In this document: positions 12,401 through 53,517 of the stretch, piece by piece | Numbering within the stretch: the stretch's first letter is position 1 | Layout of the letters: the number at the start of each line of letters is the position of its first letter | Assembly: GCA_030141605.1 (NCBI GenBank) | Contig: JAQGDQ010000473.1 | Location: 25,053-89,052, forward strand | From: Tubiluchus corallicola | Taxonomy: Eukaryota > Animalia > Priapulida | Direction: 5' to 3' | DNA length: 64,000 bases | Notes under the pieces: model-generated | What the model was told of the DNA's origin: nothing | Databases searched by the model: none | What the model saw: the letters and a program-made list of their open reading frames with translations, nothing else | Position numbers and translations under genes: made by a program

Positions 12401-15400
12401 TGATGAATTTCTGTAAATTCTACACATAGTATACTTACACTATGACAAAGAGTTGAGCAATGATACTTAATTTCACTGGAAAATTACTTTTAACTTACTA
12501 ACCGAACCTATGATGACATTCCAGTGAAGATAGCTCTTCAACAAGCCATAGAACCTGCTAAAAACCTGCAGGAGGACAAATGTTAACATACTTAAATTTT
12601 GCACAGAAAAATTTAAACACTTCAGCATTGGTCCTTAGAAATAAATCCACTTGGGGCATTGCGGTGAGCAGGGAGTCCTGGCATAGGGAGGTGAGCAGAA
12701 TCATGTCCCTGGACGTTTGATTCAGTGAAGAAGAAGAAGAACCGAACCTAATTTAATGCAGAGATTTTATTAACAAAACAGTTTTTTGTCAAAAGTTTGA
12801 AATAACTATCAGTAAGTTTTTTGTCAAAAGTTTGAAATAACTATCAGTAATTAAGCATTTAAACAGAAAAACTTTCATTCCATTTCAGCTCGGACAAGGA
12901 ACATTAGTGAAAGTGTCTCCGTCTCTAGTAAAGCGAAGGAAAACTCACTTTCACAATTTACCGTGTGGCGCTGGCGTTATACTGGGAAATAACGGCTACG
13001 TTTGGATCAGCCCAACCGTGAACGAAGACACCGACAACACGGGAGGATTTGTACAAAATCTAAATGTATGTAACATTGCTTCCTTGAACAGCCGAGAGTT
13101 TCGTATTGCATAGAGAGGACGGCTGCTATCATTAAGCAAACTAGGCAGCTGTCTAGAGCACATGAGTCAGAAGGACGTAACATGCCTTCCTTGAACAGCC
13201 GAGAGTTTCGTATTGCATAGACAGGGCGGCTACTGCCATTAAGCTAACTAGACAGCTGTCTAGAGCACATGAGTCAGAAGGACGTAACATGGCTTCCTTG
13301 AACAGCCGAGAGTTTCGTATTGCATAGAGAGGACGGCTGCTATCATTAAGCAAACTAGGCAGCTGTCTAGAGCACATGAGTCAGAAGGACGTAACATGGC
13401 TTCCTTGAACAGCCGAGAGTTTCGTATTGCATAGAGAGGACGGCTGCTATCATTAAGCAAACTAGGCAGCTGTCTAGAGCACATGAGTCAGAAGGATGTA
13501 ACATGGCTTCCTTGAACAGCCGAGAGTTTCGTATTGCATAGACAGGGCGGCTACTGCCATTAAGCAAACTAGGCAGCTGTCTAGAGCACATGAGTCAGAA
13601 GGACGTAACATTGCTTCCTTGAACAGCCGAGAGTTTCGTATTGCATAGAGAGGACGGCTGCTATCATTAAGCAAACTAGACAGCTGTCTAGAGCACATGA
13701 GTCAGAAGGACGTAACATGGCTTCCTTGAACAGCCGAGAGTTTCGTATTGCATAGAGAGGACGGCTACTGCCATTAAGCAAACTAGGCAGCTGTCTAGAG
13801 CACATGAGTCAGAAGGACGTAACATGGCTTCCTTGAACAGCCGAGAGTTTCGTATTGCATAGAGAGGACGGCTGCTATCATTAAGCAAACTAGGCAGCTG
13901 TCTAGAGCACATGAGTCAGAAGGACGTAACATGGCTTCCTTGAACAGCCGAGAGTTTCGTATTGCATAGAGAGGACGGCTACTGCCATTAAGCAAACTAG
14001 GCAGCTGTCTAGAGCACATGAGTCAGAAGGACGTAACATGGCTTCCTTGAACAGCCGAGAGTTTCGTATTGCATAGACAGGGCGGCTACTGCCATTAAGC
14101 TAACTAGACAGCTGTCTAGAGCACATGAGTCAGAAGGGTGTAAAACTTAACTTTAAAAAATACAATATTTTATTGATATTTTATTTTATTTTATTTTTTG
14201 TTAATTTTTTTATAAACCATTACGGTTTATTTTACCAATTATTACCCATTGCGGGTAACGAGCTGGAGAAAGGAGACACTGAAAAATTGTTGACTAGTTG
14301 GGATTTGAACCAGAGACCTGAGATTAGCACTCCCATGCTCTACCAGCTAACTTATCAGCCCAGCATGATAAAACAAATTCTAAGATTTTCTCCTTGTAGC
14401 TCACAGTCCAACAGCGCCACCTGTACCCATGTCAGTAGGGGGATACTTTTGGTCACCTGTACCCATGACAGTAGGGGGATACTTTTGGTCACCTGTACCC
14501 ATGACAGTAGGGGATACTTTTGGTCACCTGTACCCATGTCAGTAGGGGATACTTTTGGCCACCTGTACCCATGACAGTAGGGGATACTTTTGGTCACCTG
14601 TACCCATGTCAGTAGGGGATACTTTTGGCCACCTGTACCCATGACAGTAGGGGATACTTTTGGTCACCTGTACCCATGTCAGTAGGGGATACTTTTGGTC
14701 ACCTGTACCCATGTCAGTAGGGGATACTTTTGGCCACCTGTACCCATGTCAGTAGGGGGATACTTTTGGTCACCTGTACCCACGACAGTAGGGGATACTT
14801 TTGGTCACCTGTACCCATGTCAGTAGGGGATACTTTTGGCCACCTGTACCCATGACGGTAGGGGGATACTTTTGGTCACCTGTATCCATGTCGGTAGGGG
14901 GATACTTTTGGTCACCTGTACCCATGACAGTAGGGGGATACTTTTGGTCACCTGTACCCATGACAGTAGGGGGATACTTTTGGCCACCTGTACCCATGAC
15001 AGTAGGGGGATACTTTTGGTCACCTGTACCCATGTCAGTAGGGGGATACTTTTGGCCACCTGTACCCATGACAGTAGGGGGATACTTTTGGCCACCTGTA
15101 TCCATGTCAGTAGGGGGATACTTTTGGCCACCTGTATCCATGTCGGTAGGGGGATACTTTTGGCCACCTGTACCCATGTCGGTAGGGGGATACTTTTAAC
15201 CACCTGTATCCATGTCGGTAGGGGGATACTTTTGGTCACCTGTATCCATGTCGGTAGGGGGATACTTTTGGTCACCTGTACACACGACAGTAGGGGGATA
15301 CTTTTGGTCACCTGTACCCACGACAGTAGGGGGATACTTTTGACCACCTGTACCCATGACAGTAGGGGGATACTTTTGGCCACCTGTACCCATGACAGTA

Positions 15401-18400
15401 GGGGGATACTTTTGGTCACCTGTACCCATGTCAGTAGGGGAATACTTTTGGCCACCTGTATCCATGTCGGTAGGGGGATACTTTTGGCCACCTGTACCCA
15501 TGTCGGTAGGGGGATACTTTTAACCACCTGTATCCATGTCGGTAGGGGGATACTTTTGGTCACCTGTATCCATGTCGGTAGGGGGATACTTTTGGTCACC
15601 TGTATCCATGTCGGTAGGGGGATACTTTTGGTCACCTGTATCCATGTCGGTAGGGGGATACTTTTGGTCACCTGTATCCATGTCGGTAGGGGGATACTTT
15701 TGGTCACCTGTACCCATGACAGTAGGGGGATACTTTTGGTCACCTGTACCCACGACAGTAGGGGGATACTTTTGGCCACCTGTACCCACGACAGTAGGGG
15801 GATACTTTTGGTCACCTGTACCCACGACAGTAGGGGGATACTTTTGACCACCTGTACCCATGACAGTAGGGGGATACTTTTGACCACCTGTACCCACGAC
15901 AGTAGGGGGTACTTTTGGCCACCTGTACCCACGACAGTAGGGGGTACTTTTGGCCACCTGTACCCACGACAGTAGGGGGTACTTTTGGCCACCTGTACCC
16001 ACGACAGTAGCGGGTACTTTTGGTATCAATATTTTTCCAAATTAGCTGGGCAGCTAACGATATCATTAATTAATAATGACTGTGACTTATGACTGCGGTT
16101 GCTTATTTATTTAGTAATCAGGTCCACCATTGTTTAACTTTGGTTGCTGAATACATACCGTGACCACTCAGCTATTCCTGTTTGACTAATTTTGACTTTT
16201 ATTATTGCAGCCAGTGAATGAGGCCGACAGAGAAGTTATAGCTAGGCTTCGCAACTGCATACTAGGCATGACGCAGCATCGAATGATGCTGTACGATACT
16301 AGCATACTGTACGCGTACGAAAGCTCTCTATCACACCCGGTAAGAAAACTGAATAGGTTATGAGTTCATTACGGAAGTAGCAGTTACACTTTGCAGGTCA
16401 TTAGGAAATCTCTCTTCTTTGTAATCTTATTGAACAATGCAGTACAATATGGTAATACAAGAGTTATATGTTCAGCTTGCAAACCAAAATCATTCATAAT
16501 TCGGCATAGTTAAAACTACATTATGATGCTTCAAAGTAGAATGCACCAAAAATTTAGTCCAATGTAACTTTTTTGTGTTTTTGTTGTGGAGATCGCTGGC
16601 GTCTATTAAAATTACATAGAACATTGCAGAATGTTCCGTTGGAATGATCGTCTTACCTTGTGGAATGTTCTGGAACAAAACTTCTGGAAGCTTCTCGGGC
16701 ACACTATATAAGGCGAAGCAGGCCACTGAGATGCACACGCTGATTCACACGGACGCCACTTACACATTTTCTTGTATACTTGTATTTTCAGATACACTTA
16801 AACGTTTTCCAGATTTTCACATTTACTGTAAACATTTTGCGTTTCTTCATACTTTTGTGTTGTAGAATTCTCGCTTAATAAACTAGTTTAATTTGATGAA
16901 GTGTTTTCTAGTTTTCTCTACGAGCCTTCTGAGAGAAACAAAACACAACAGTTTTATAAAAACAAACGCTACATTTATTGGACTTCTAGCATCAAATTAT
17001 CACGAAAATGTTAAACAATACTTATAAACTTAATTTTATAAACCCTCTACCCACCTTTCTGGCTAGACACTAGTACTGCAATCGTAAAAAAACTCGTATT
17101 TTCAAACTCCGACAATAGCTCGTAGAAGTAGTCATTTTGCTTTGGATTTTTTCTGTTGCCAAACCCAGATCTTTGCCAGGGAGAGGCATCTACTGAATTT
17201 AAGCATAACTACAATGTGCTCTTGCAAAGTCCATAGCAACCAACATTTGTACGGTTGCTAACGGTTTTGCAAAAACGCAACAGAAAACAATGGCGAACGT
17301 TAACAGCAATTTTCTCAAGATTATGTTTTTCAGTGCGTAGTGTGCACTTCAACTTCAACATGGATTTCTCACCTTAGAAATGACATAGAGAAATGAGTTT
17401 GGTATCAAAGTGATCCTCATGAAATGGATAACTAGTAAAGCCTATTGCTGACATGTACGATTTTGCTATGCAAGCATACACATTGTTACGTGAAATCTTT
17501 TATTGAATTTAGCATTCCATATTTAAACCAGTTGTGGTCAATCAGTTAATTATGTGTACTGTAAGTGACCAGCAGTGGTCAGTTAATTAATTATGTGTAC
17601 TGTAAGTGACCAGTAGTGGTCAGTCAATTAATTGCGTGTACTGTAAGTGCATAATATTTATTACCTTTGCTGTTTAATCTAAAAAAGTTATTAACTAGCC
17701 GGGCCCCCATTATTAAGTGTTGCTACTGAACTGCCTAACTATGCATAATGCAAGTTTATTGTTCTGTCATCGCGCTGCTGCTTTCCTCATACTTTAGTCT
17801 TACTTTTGTACATGTGAATTTGCTGATTTCAAAAGGCTTATGTGCCAAAATGATGGCGAAACGTACATCATTATGCAAATGTTAAAATCCACTTTTAATT
17901 TTTAAAGGAAAACCGGACAATTGATTAGACTCAATCTTATTTTAATATAGTATCCATAGTATACATTTTCTTGCCCATAAAAGTTAGCAATTATTTCTAA
18001 TATTTGAATATTGCAAAGTTAATTAGCGGCAACCGGGCACAGCTATTGCTTACATCACAAACTAACCACAGTTTGTGCAATGGTAGGCATCTTCCCTGCA
18101 CATCAAGCACGTCTGCTTAAGCGAAGATTGCTGTAAGATGTTGATGTGATGTGAGAAAAATGAGCTCAGATGAATGTCACAGATGAACACTGCAGTTCGT
18201 GATCATGCTTATCATGGTACTGCATCTATTTGTTGGCCATGAAAATGTGACAAAGAAAGCGTCATTGCCAGACTTAGTGGATTTGCAAAGCTGCACATAG
18301 CTTTGTAACTTTAACAAAATTTAACTATCCGAGGTAATTGTCATTTAATTTAATCTTTGTTTTAAAAAAAGCTATTGTAGTTTTCAATATTTTAGAGCAA

Positions 18401-18855
18401 CTTTATTTTGAACTGTCTTCACAATCGTCTGGTTTTCTTTTAACAGACTTATTAATTTTTTCTGGAAATAAAGTTTCACGCCAGATGCTCATGGCTGATG
18501 TCAAAGAAATGCTGAGGAACCCAAGTGCAGCATTTGAACTCCACTCTAATATGTTTTTGCATAATTTTTCGTTCTCGCTGCTATTGTCATAACCGTCATT
18601 CATAATTTAAGAAAAAATAAACAGGCTGTAAACAAATAACTGTAAACAAGCATCGTTCTGAAATCTAATTTTTTTGCATTCTGCATCTTCTTTATTTTAT
18701 AAATGATGTAATTCACGTAAGTTGGCAGAACATGTGCTCTTGACTTGTATAAACAGGTAATTTTGAATATTCTGCAGGTAAAAGACATCCTCACACCAGA
18801 AGTTATATCCGAGATGGTTGCCATGACGCAGCATCGACTTGACTCAGAGTCGTGA
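6490..18855 (+). CDS. EXOSC2: Exosome complex component RRP4, 7 coding exons, 295 aa
   Basis: Exons 6490-6620, 7565-7666, 9462-9597, 10181-10315, 12889-13065, 16211-16339, 18778-18855; all GT-AG, total 888 nt, in frame. Peptides [63 protein letters not shown] and [13 protein letters not shown] match RRP4. Confidence 0.96.
6740..7400. repeat. GGACGT-rich interspersed element with internal direct duplication and inverted segment
   Basis: The block gacgtaattttggacgtgatagacgtaattttgagcgtcctttcactaacctgatg occurs twice (~6753, ~6863), with complementary acgtcc-rich sequence at ~7290-7370. Boundaries uncertain. Confidence 0.5.
7812..8307. mobile_element. Degenerate hAT-like MITE
   Basis: Imperfect termini ctagggtcaccaa / ttggggaccgtg, flanked by atataggc / gtatatgc (6 of 8 match). 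Confidence 0.35.
10923..11362 (+). mobile_element. TTAA-AGG-starting non-autonomous DNA element (Kolobok-like), copy 1
   Basis: Begins ttaaaggaaaa and is clearly alignable by eye to 51627-52070, more loosely to 27416-27913. A TTAA target with AG/GG termini is Kolobok-like. Confidence 0.6.
11363..11461. repeat. Short tandem repeat, ~34 bp x 3
   Basis: ccgtctgcggacttggaactaacaaaa(a)c repeated three times. Confidence 0.9.
11855..12400 (+). mobile_element. 5S rRNA-derived SINE (SINE3-type) in EXOSC2 intron 4
   Basis: 11855-11974 is a 120-nt 5S rRNA-like head (gaagttaagcaac A box, gtacttggatgggtgacc C box, ends gctgtaggctt) with several substitutions and no T-run terminator. It is followed by a ~400-nt GC-rich body and a (TAA)n tail; taataaataat occurs on both sides. 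Confidence 0.85.
12511..12740 (+). mobile_element. 5'-truncated RTE-like LINE 3' end
   Basis: Ends in (GAA)n and is flanked by the TSD aaccgaaccta (12500-12510, 12740-12750). Same family as 46929-47539. Confidence 0.85.
13070..14137. repeat. Tandem array, 107-bp unit x ~10
   Basis: Near-identical units; the ORF track shows 107-bp periodicity. Starts 4 nt into EXOSC2 intron 5. Confidence 0.97.
14292..14361 (-). mobile_element. tRNA-like SINE head or tRNA pseudogene
   Basis: Revcomp gggctgataagttagctggtagagc...ggttcaaatccc has A- and B-box-like motifs but imperfect stems. Confidence 0.55.
14418..16024. repeat. Minisatellite, 35-36-bp unit x ~45
   Basis: Unit cacctgtacccatgacagtagggggatacttttggt; produces the 12-aa periodic ORFs in the track. 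Confidence 0.98.
17530..17650. repeat. Short tandem repeat, ~43 bp x 3
   Basis: gtggtcagttaattaattatgtgtactgtaagtgaccag variants. Confidence 0.85.
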
Positions 18856-20884
18856 AACTGGTGATTCGCTCTTTTCCTGACGGAAACAGCAGAAAAAATC
18901 TTAATAACTGCAAGTGTTTTTCATAGAATCAATGAATTTCTCCTGTGATAAGTCTTTGGTGCCTTTCTAACATTTTGATAATCGAGGCACTTTGTCTTTA
19001 GTGCATCCAACATACATTCATATTCTACACATCTGTAATGTATTAACTTTTTTGTAAATATGTATAAAGTTATTAAAGCATAATCATATCAGCATTTCGT
19101 TTATTTCACTGGTTTTTGTTTGATTCTTGAAAATAGTGCCAGCTTGTTTTATGAGCAAGTTGAAATATTTAAGTTATAATTGGTGTCTGTATGCATTTGT
19201 GGTTAATACTGATTTACCACCTTGTTTAAAATATTGACTAAAGTTAAGCAGTACTAAGACTGACCAGTAAGCAGACTGGCTAACTGAAGAGGTTTTTGAC
19301 CACGTATATGCATTTGAATGTGGCTTAAGACACCTCTGCTGGTGCAGTGTCTCGTCTTGGGGAATTATTCTTGACAATTACATAGGTTCCAGTTCTGCCA
19401 CAACCAGATACATCAAGTGAACATCAAGTACATTGCAAAATGGAGGTCTGTATAAAATGATAATATAAACAACACATGGAGGCCTGTATAAAATGATAAT
19501 ATCAGTAAATATTTTTATTTTTTGCTGCACAATTCAACATTTAAAACAAAAACAAAAATTAGAACTTTAAAATATACTTCAAGAATTGTATAATCTGTAA
19601 TAATGAAAACAACATAAAATAAATAAAAATAATTTCATTTGTTGGAAGTTGAACAGAATACTGACTTTTATGGAAAACAACTGAGAATCGTCATGAACGT
19701 TAAATAGCAACCATTTTAGATTTAGGACACAGAAGAAAATAAATCTACATAAAAATTAAAACTAATCAAACTATCCAAACTATTTCAGTACTGATAACGG
19801 ATCTGATAATGCATACCTTATGTGAGAAATTGTATAAATCAAAGATATTGATGTAGATCAAGATCAAAAGTATATTTCTTTAGCAGTTTTTCTTAATTGA
19901 TAAGAAGTGGCATCTGTAGCTATCATTAAAGATGAATCTATTCATAACCTCCAGGGTGTTTGACGGCAGTCTGTACAAGCGTTTTGAAAAAAATTCAGTT
20001 ATTTTTACTTGTCTGAATGGCTACAGTTAACAAGTTACAGTGACATCTGTGATGTATGATACCAGCATGCTTCAGTAGCTCAGCAAAATAACTATTATTA
20101 CGCTTCCTGCAAAAGCTACGGTAATTTATTTTAGTTAAAGCAAAGGACAGGTCTCTTAACATGTTATTTTACTTCTATCACTTAAATTTAGAACAAAGAA
20201 ATTTGCAAAAAAAGCTGTCTATAAAGCATAAAATTAATTTTTACTATGGCACTATAGAAATTTTCAACATTGTGATAGCTATTCACTTGAAATTGTGATG
20301 TTACTAGTGGATTTCCTGACATTTCTTAAGCACCCTATGACTTTCCAACACCATGCGCCCTTTAATCAAATACCTGCAGCTTACCTAATGTCCTTGCAAA
20401 AATATCACAAAATTAGCTATCAATTTTTTTGCAAAAACGTGTACGTTTGATGGAAATTGACAGTGCACTACTTTTCTTCAGCCGATGAATGATGTCATTG
20501 ATGAAAGAACGAGTGTTCAAAACGGAAGCAGTCATATGTGAAAATCACCGCGACGTTAAAGTGGTTTTACTAATTACACGAAGTGCTTGATGCACTTTTA
20601 TTACTAAATCCTTTTAACGCTTTTCACAAACAATGTAATGAGCCTAGTTTCCAAGAAGGCTTGGCGTTTCCTTTAATCAGGTGACCTGTCTCAAACAGGA
20701 CATTGAAACTGAAATTTGCCAAAAATTAGCTTGCACTTTCCAGTTTACAGTTGTTACCCACAATTTTGCATATGTAGTGCCAGGTCAGTTTTTGCAAAAA
20801 ATAAATCTTAAGTAGTAAAATTGCATCTTTTTTTGCATTTCTTGCGACAACATTGCAAGTACAGTGAAACTAGAGCCCTCTAGG

Positions 20885-23314
20885 TTACAATTCATCATGA
20901 TCTCTTTCCATGTCCTCCAATGTGTAATCTGTTAGAGATTCATCTATGACTTCATCTAGTTCTTCAACTTCATTTGTATAGGATTCATCTAGAAAATCTT
21001 CATCATCACGAGCTTTACGTCCGGCTTCTTCTTCTAATTCTACGAAGTCTACACGTCGAACCTTCGGCAGCCAGGTATTTTCACCCAGCGACGTCCATGC
21101 TTCAATGTTTCCTTTCATAACGTCTATTATCCAAGAACTGATCACTTGCGATTCCAGTCTGGTATCCTTGAATTTGAAAATTTTGCCAGTTGTTTTTTGA
21201 ACAAGAAACACCACTGGAATTGAAGCTTCCTTATCATAGTGGTACAGTATTTCCGATGATAATTGGTAGTTTTCCTGTACGTCTATCCAGGCAAAAAGAA
21301 TCTCTGGAAACTGTTTCGACAATGCTACTTTACCAAAGGCATCTCTGTAATTTGCTGGCCTGGAATTGGAATCGAATAAAATCAGTAGCGCCTTTTTCTG
21401 ACCTACCAACTCGGGGTAATTTTTTGAGTTCAGCTGAGGAAATATGTCTTGCTTATTTACGTTGACAAACTCGACGAGTTCTTCCACAGATTTTACATCA
21501 GATGTTCCCACAAAAGGCTGATAAACGTCGTTCTTTTTAAACAGAACATAACTTGGATAAGGCAAGTCATACGTTAAAGATAATTCTTTGCCAATCTCTG
21601 GATCAATATTCAAGCCCATTATGATTTTACCACGTAACTCATTTGAAGCCTTTTTAAATAAACTAATTTGTTCCTCGTTGCATAGGAGACCCAATAATGC
21701 AATGTGTGAATCTGATTGTTGAAATATAGGCAGATTCATAGAAACAAATTTTTCTGTATCCAATTTATTCACCAAATTTACAGGTTCGCCTTGTTTAGCG
21801 AGAAATGCTGTATGAATGATTGTACCGCTATCGAGCATTCCCTTGTATGTTTGATGATAATCTGGATAAGCATTTATAGTAACTACTGGATATTCAAAAA
21901 CCAATTCTCTTTGGCAAACGTATGTCCATTCTCCACAGTTAACTTTTGTTAATGTAAGTTCTTTCCAACGTTCTTTTTTACAAGCATCTTCTAGCTTGTT
22001 TAACAAGTATTTACTCACATGGTCCCAGGGTTGATAAAACACAGTTACTATTACTTCATTCTCACCTGCAATGAGTGGAAATGTTTTGTCAGTTTGATCA
22101 AGTATGCACTGAGCTTCTCCGGCAAGAAGGGGTTGTTTTACTCTGTAAGCTGCAGCAAACACTGCATCTGCACTTTCAGTATCATCATAAATGATGTCAC
22201 CGGCACTGGATGAAACGTCAGGAATCGATATTTGTGACAAATTTTTCTTCTGGAACCACTCTAACCTGCTGCGTACCAAATTAAGAATTACTTTTTCATT
22301 AGGTTCCCACTCAGCAAACTCAATTGACTCGTCTCGCAGCTGTATGCCCATTACAGGGTGACTTTTAACATCTGTGCCAAATCCCAACTCATTCCAGTCA
22401 TCAAAACTCATGGCACTTGCATTCACTAAAACAACTTGTATTAATCCCTTGAACGCATCAATTAACATTTTCGCTGTACCGTTTAGCTCGGTGTACCAAT
22501 CTGTATAAATTAAGTAGACCATATGTATGTTCGCATAGGCCCTGAATGGCATCATTGGTGGGACATAAATAACAGGCTGTATTTCAAGACTATCAAAAAA
22601 TATCGATAAAGAATGAAGATTTATTTCATCATAGATAGGAGTAACACGGCAGTTGCTCATTTCGCACTGAAGATACCAAACACAGGCAGTAAAGCTAACA
22701 TCACAATTTTGTAGGTCTCTCACTACCTCCAAATCTGTGGCTATTGCAAATTGATATTTTTTTCTAGAGCTATCAGCAAATGCCACTTGTAAAAAACTTT
22801 TGTGCGCAATTGTACCTAACTCAGTCGCGTATAAGAGAAACATATCTTTTCTATTCCTAACTTTGTTCTCGAGGTTCCATCGAGCAACATTGTCGTGGAG
22901 TATTGGAACTTCCCGAATCAACCGCAACTGAAGAGCATTAGCAACAACAGAGTCTACATCAAACATGGTATCCACGGAAAATTTTACATTATCCCATCCC
23001 GATTTCAAAACATACACATAATCCTGTACATCTTGCTCCTCACAATACGGCAAAACATAGTGTTCTTTGCAATTTAGTTGGCCAAACTGCATCTGGTACG
23101 CGTCTAAAATAAGTGCAGATTCCTCAAAGACATTCATTATAGATGTTATTTCAGGAGTTACATCTTGATAAAAATAAACCAAGGCTGCATTACGTCTATT
23201 TGCAAAACCATCAAATTCGCTGGCATTAAGTTGTATTAAATAAGAGGACGTACCGATTTCACAGAAAAAAAGATTAAAAATTATTGACAGAAATATGAAA
23301 CAGTAAGCTGCCAT
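20885..23314 (-). CDS. TXNDC16: Thioredoxin domain-containing protein 16 (ERp90)-like ER luminal protein, single coding exon
   Basis: Likely ATG at 23314 (MAAYCFIFLSIIFNLFF signal peptide; the ORF extends to an ATG at 23359). Several Trx-like units without CXXC (VTVFYQPWDHVS; KVNCGEWTYVC...EYPVV; MFDVDSVVANALQ), an acidic tail and C-terminal HDEL. Confidence 0.82.
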   Translation of the reverse strand: MAAYCFIFLSIIFNLFFCEIGTSSYLIQLNASEFDGFANRRNAALVYFYQDVTPEITSIMNVFEESALILDAYQMQFGQLNCKEHYVLPYCEEQDVQDYVYVLKSGWDNVKFSVDTMFDVDSVVANALQLRLIREVPILHDNVARWNLENKVRNRKDMFLLYATELGTIAHKSFLQVAFADSSRKKYQFAIATDLEVVRDLQNCDVSFTACVWYLQCEMSNCRVTPIYDEINLHSLSIFFDSLEIQPVIYVPPMMPFRAYANIHMVYLIYTDWYTELNGTAKMLIDAFKGLIQVVLVNASAMSFDDWNELGFGTDVKSHPVMGIQLRDESIEFAEWEPNEKVILNLVRSRLEWFQKKNLSQISIPDVSSSAGDIIYDDTESADAVFAAAYRVKQPLLAGEAQCILDQTDKTFPLIAGENEVIVTVFYQPWDHVSKYLLNKLEDACKKERWKELTLTKVNCGEWTYVCQRELVFEYPVVTINAYPDYHQTYKGMLDSGTIIHTAFLAKQGEPVNLVNKLDTEKFVSMNLPIFQQSDSHIALLGLLCNEEQISLFKKASNELRGKIIMGLNIDPEIGKELSLTYDLPYPSYVLFKKNDVYQPFVGTSDVKSVEELVEFVNVNKQDIFPQLNSKNYPELVGQKKALLILFDSNSRPANYRDAFGKVALSKQFPEILFAWIDVQENYQLSSEILYHYDKEASIPVVFLVQKTTGKIFKFKDTRLESQVISSWIIDVMKGNIEAWTSLGENTWLPKVRRVDFVELEEEAGRKARDDEDFLDESYTNEVEELDEVIDESLTDYTLEDMERDHDEL

Positions 23315-23985
23315 CTTTTCGGCAGAAAAACTTGGCCTTCTAATTCGTATACGGCGCATAGGTGCGACATAATCGCAAGCACTGCGGTCTCGAGATATTA
23401 CTGAATCAGAACTACTTTATTATTTACTACGTAAAAAATATAAATAAATATATGTTATATATATATGATATATAAGTTATAAATTATATGTTATAAAAGC
23501 GGAAAGTTTTTTATAGTGTGAAGTGTAAGTTAAAATTGTTGCCTTTAATGTTTTGAAACCAATAGCCAGAAAATATAATATAGTGCTGTAATAATAAAAA
23601 ATGTAATAACCCAAACATATCAAAATGGAAGAAAATGTTAAAGATAGTATTATGAAATCTGTGAACTCAAAATATCAGCTTAAAATAGTAGGTAATACAA
23701 AACCAACATTTTTGCACAATACTGAATGGAAATATAAAACCTTATGTAATCAACAGGGTAGGCAGAAAATGATCTATCTACTGGCTACTACATATAAGAT
23801 TGAACACGATAAAGTCAGATGTAATATAGAAATAAGTACAAGGATAATATATTACATTCAATGTGCAAAAGAAAAAATGTGAAAACTCATTTGACTGTGA
23901 GAAAAACAAGCGAGGATTAAAGAGCCAGCAAATGAAATTATGTAGCAATGATATACATAAACCTGAACATATGGTCAAATATTTT

Positions 23986-24190
<205 letters not shown>

Positions 24191-24511
24191 TGAACAAATT
24201 GATGAAGAGATGAATTAAAGTGAAGTCATTAATCCAGAACAAAAAAACATAAAAGCACATTGAAATTGGATCTCATAAACTGGGAGCAGTTTGCTCATCT
24301 ATTGATGAAGTGGAATCTAATGAAATCACAAGAAAGTAGCCATCGGCTAATGTTGATCGTTTTTGAAATTTCGAAATAAATAAATGAATTTCAATTACTA
24401 CGTTCTTTTTTACTACCAGTCAGATAATATTGTGTACTGCACGCGTGCGACAACGTCAGCACTCATCAGCGGTGCATTTGTTTCTTGGGTTTTTTTGCCG
24501 GTGTGTCGACC

Positions 24512-37451
<12,940 letters not shown>

Positions 37452-38175
37452 TGCTATTAATTACCGGTTATGTTAATCATCAGATATCTTTAGTTCATGG
37501 TTCATAAGATTCCTAGTGTCATCAGTACGTGTTTGATATGTTAATGTAATTATGAAAAACAGAAGAGAAAGTTTTGAAAAGACAGCTGGTTTTTTGTGTT
37601 CTTGTTACCACAGTTGTACAAAAACCACATCGTGTTTAGCTCCTGCTTCTACGTTGATTGTAAACAGTTTATGTGATTTTGCTGACTTTAAGTAAAGACT
37701 TTGAGAACTTTTGTTTTGCTTTGTATGGAACTTGCATTGCCCGGAGGTGCATTAGTTGACTAGTATGAGAAAATTCAAGTTCTTTAAAATGGTTGCCATT
37801 CATGTTGAACTAGATCACATGCTGGTCTGGATGCATTTTAAATATGTCATTTTACTTTCAAATCAAAATAAAAAGTGGTTACTCTTTGCTTGTTTATTTT
37901 GCTGGATACATAAAAACGATCTTTTGGGTACTTCCACAAAACGTAACTGAGTAATTCACTCAACACTGAAAAGTGTCTCTACTTGTCATAAAATTCCTCA
38001 TATCCGTTTGACCAAGTACACGGCTGATCAGCAGACACATATGAAGTACACAGTTTCTCAATAGACATTGATCAAGTACACCGTTTTTTTTTTAGCAAAC
38101 AACAACAAAGATTTATTATATAACTATAATAACAAACTACATTCTTCAATAACTACCTTTCCTTCATAAACAAAG

Positions 38176-38308
38176 ACCGGGTTTGGTGTGTAAACTAGCT
38201 ATATCACCTAGATGTACAAAAACCGGGTTTGGTGTGTAAACTAGCTATATCACCTAGATGTACAAAAACCGGGTTTGGTGTGTAAACTAGCTATATCACA
38301 TAGATGTA
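38176..38308. repeat. Tandem repeat, 46 bp x ~3, in the presumed GPI 3' UTR
   Basis: accgggtttggtgtgtaaactagctatatcacctagatgtacaaaa. Confidence 0.93.
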
Positions 38309-38685
38309 ATGTTGTGCACATTCCATTACAAAATAAAGAAACACAGGAACTAGTTTTCCGAAAACAAAATTTGAGCAAACGAAAAACAAGAAACATCCCT
38401 TTCACATGAGAGTGAACAGACTTACGTGACTACTAACAAAAATTACTAATATTGTGCAAATATGACAGTATAAATCTGCATTGAAAGCTTTGCACTACAG
38501 TCCTCAGTGAGTCAACATCTGTAGACTAATGTCAGTACATTCATTATTAACTAGCAAACTACACAGAAGTGATGAATACGATTGTCATTACTTTTTACTT
38601 TTTATCAAAACACAAACTACTTGGCACAATAGGTAAATTTGTAGTTTACTGAGGAAGCAGCTAAGAAGTCACTTGATGCGCACGT

Positions 38686-53243
<14,558 letters not shown>

Positions 53244-53517
53244 CTAAATTACAGCAATTTCAAACAATATCAATGAGCATACAGGTTAAACAAGTAAGAG
53301 TTTATTTTTCCGATAAGAAAACTTTAAACAACAAATCGGCTTTTAGCTGCCCCATGTTGCTTATTTTAATGTGAGAAGACTAATAAGATTCTACGTGGTA
53401 ATCCAAAAATAATAGCAAATGTCTCATTCCAGACCTCAAGATCAACAAGGATGGTGCCAAAATAAATCACAAATGGGATAATAGTGACCTGAAAAAAATA
53501 TGCTAATGACTCATTAG

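Noticed and set aside
13070-16024. Repeat arrays as CRISPR arrays or repetitive protein genes (74-aa and 380-390-aa ORFs)
   Set aside because: Head-to-tail units with no unique spacers, no cas genes, eukaryotic intron context. The ORFs arise from unit periodicity on both strands.
16267-18837. Identical 16-mer catgacgcagcatcga (MTQHR) in EXOSC2 exons 6 and 7
   Set aside because: Short, with no flanking similarity; both positions align normally to RRP4, so probably coincidence.
53385-53490. Possible GPI exon 2 (cag|...GTILVDL on the minus strand)
   Set aside because: Lacks the conserved DYSKN motif, runs into a stop and has no suitable donor.
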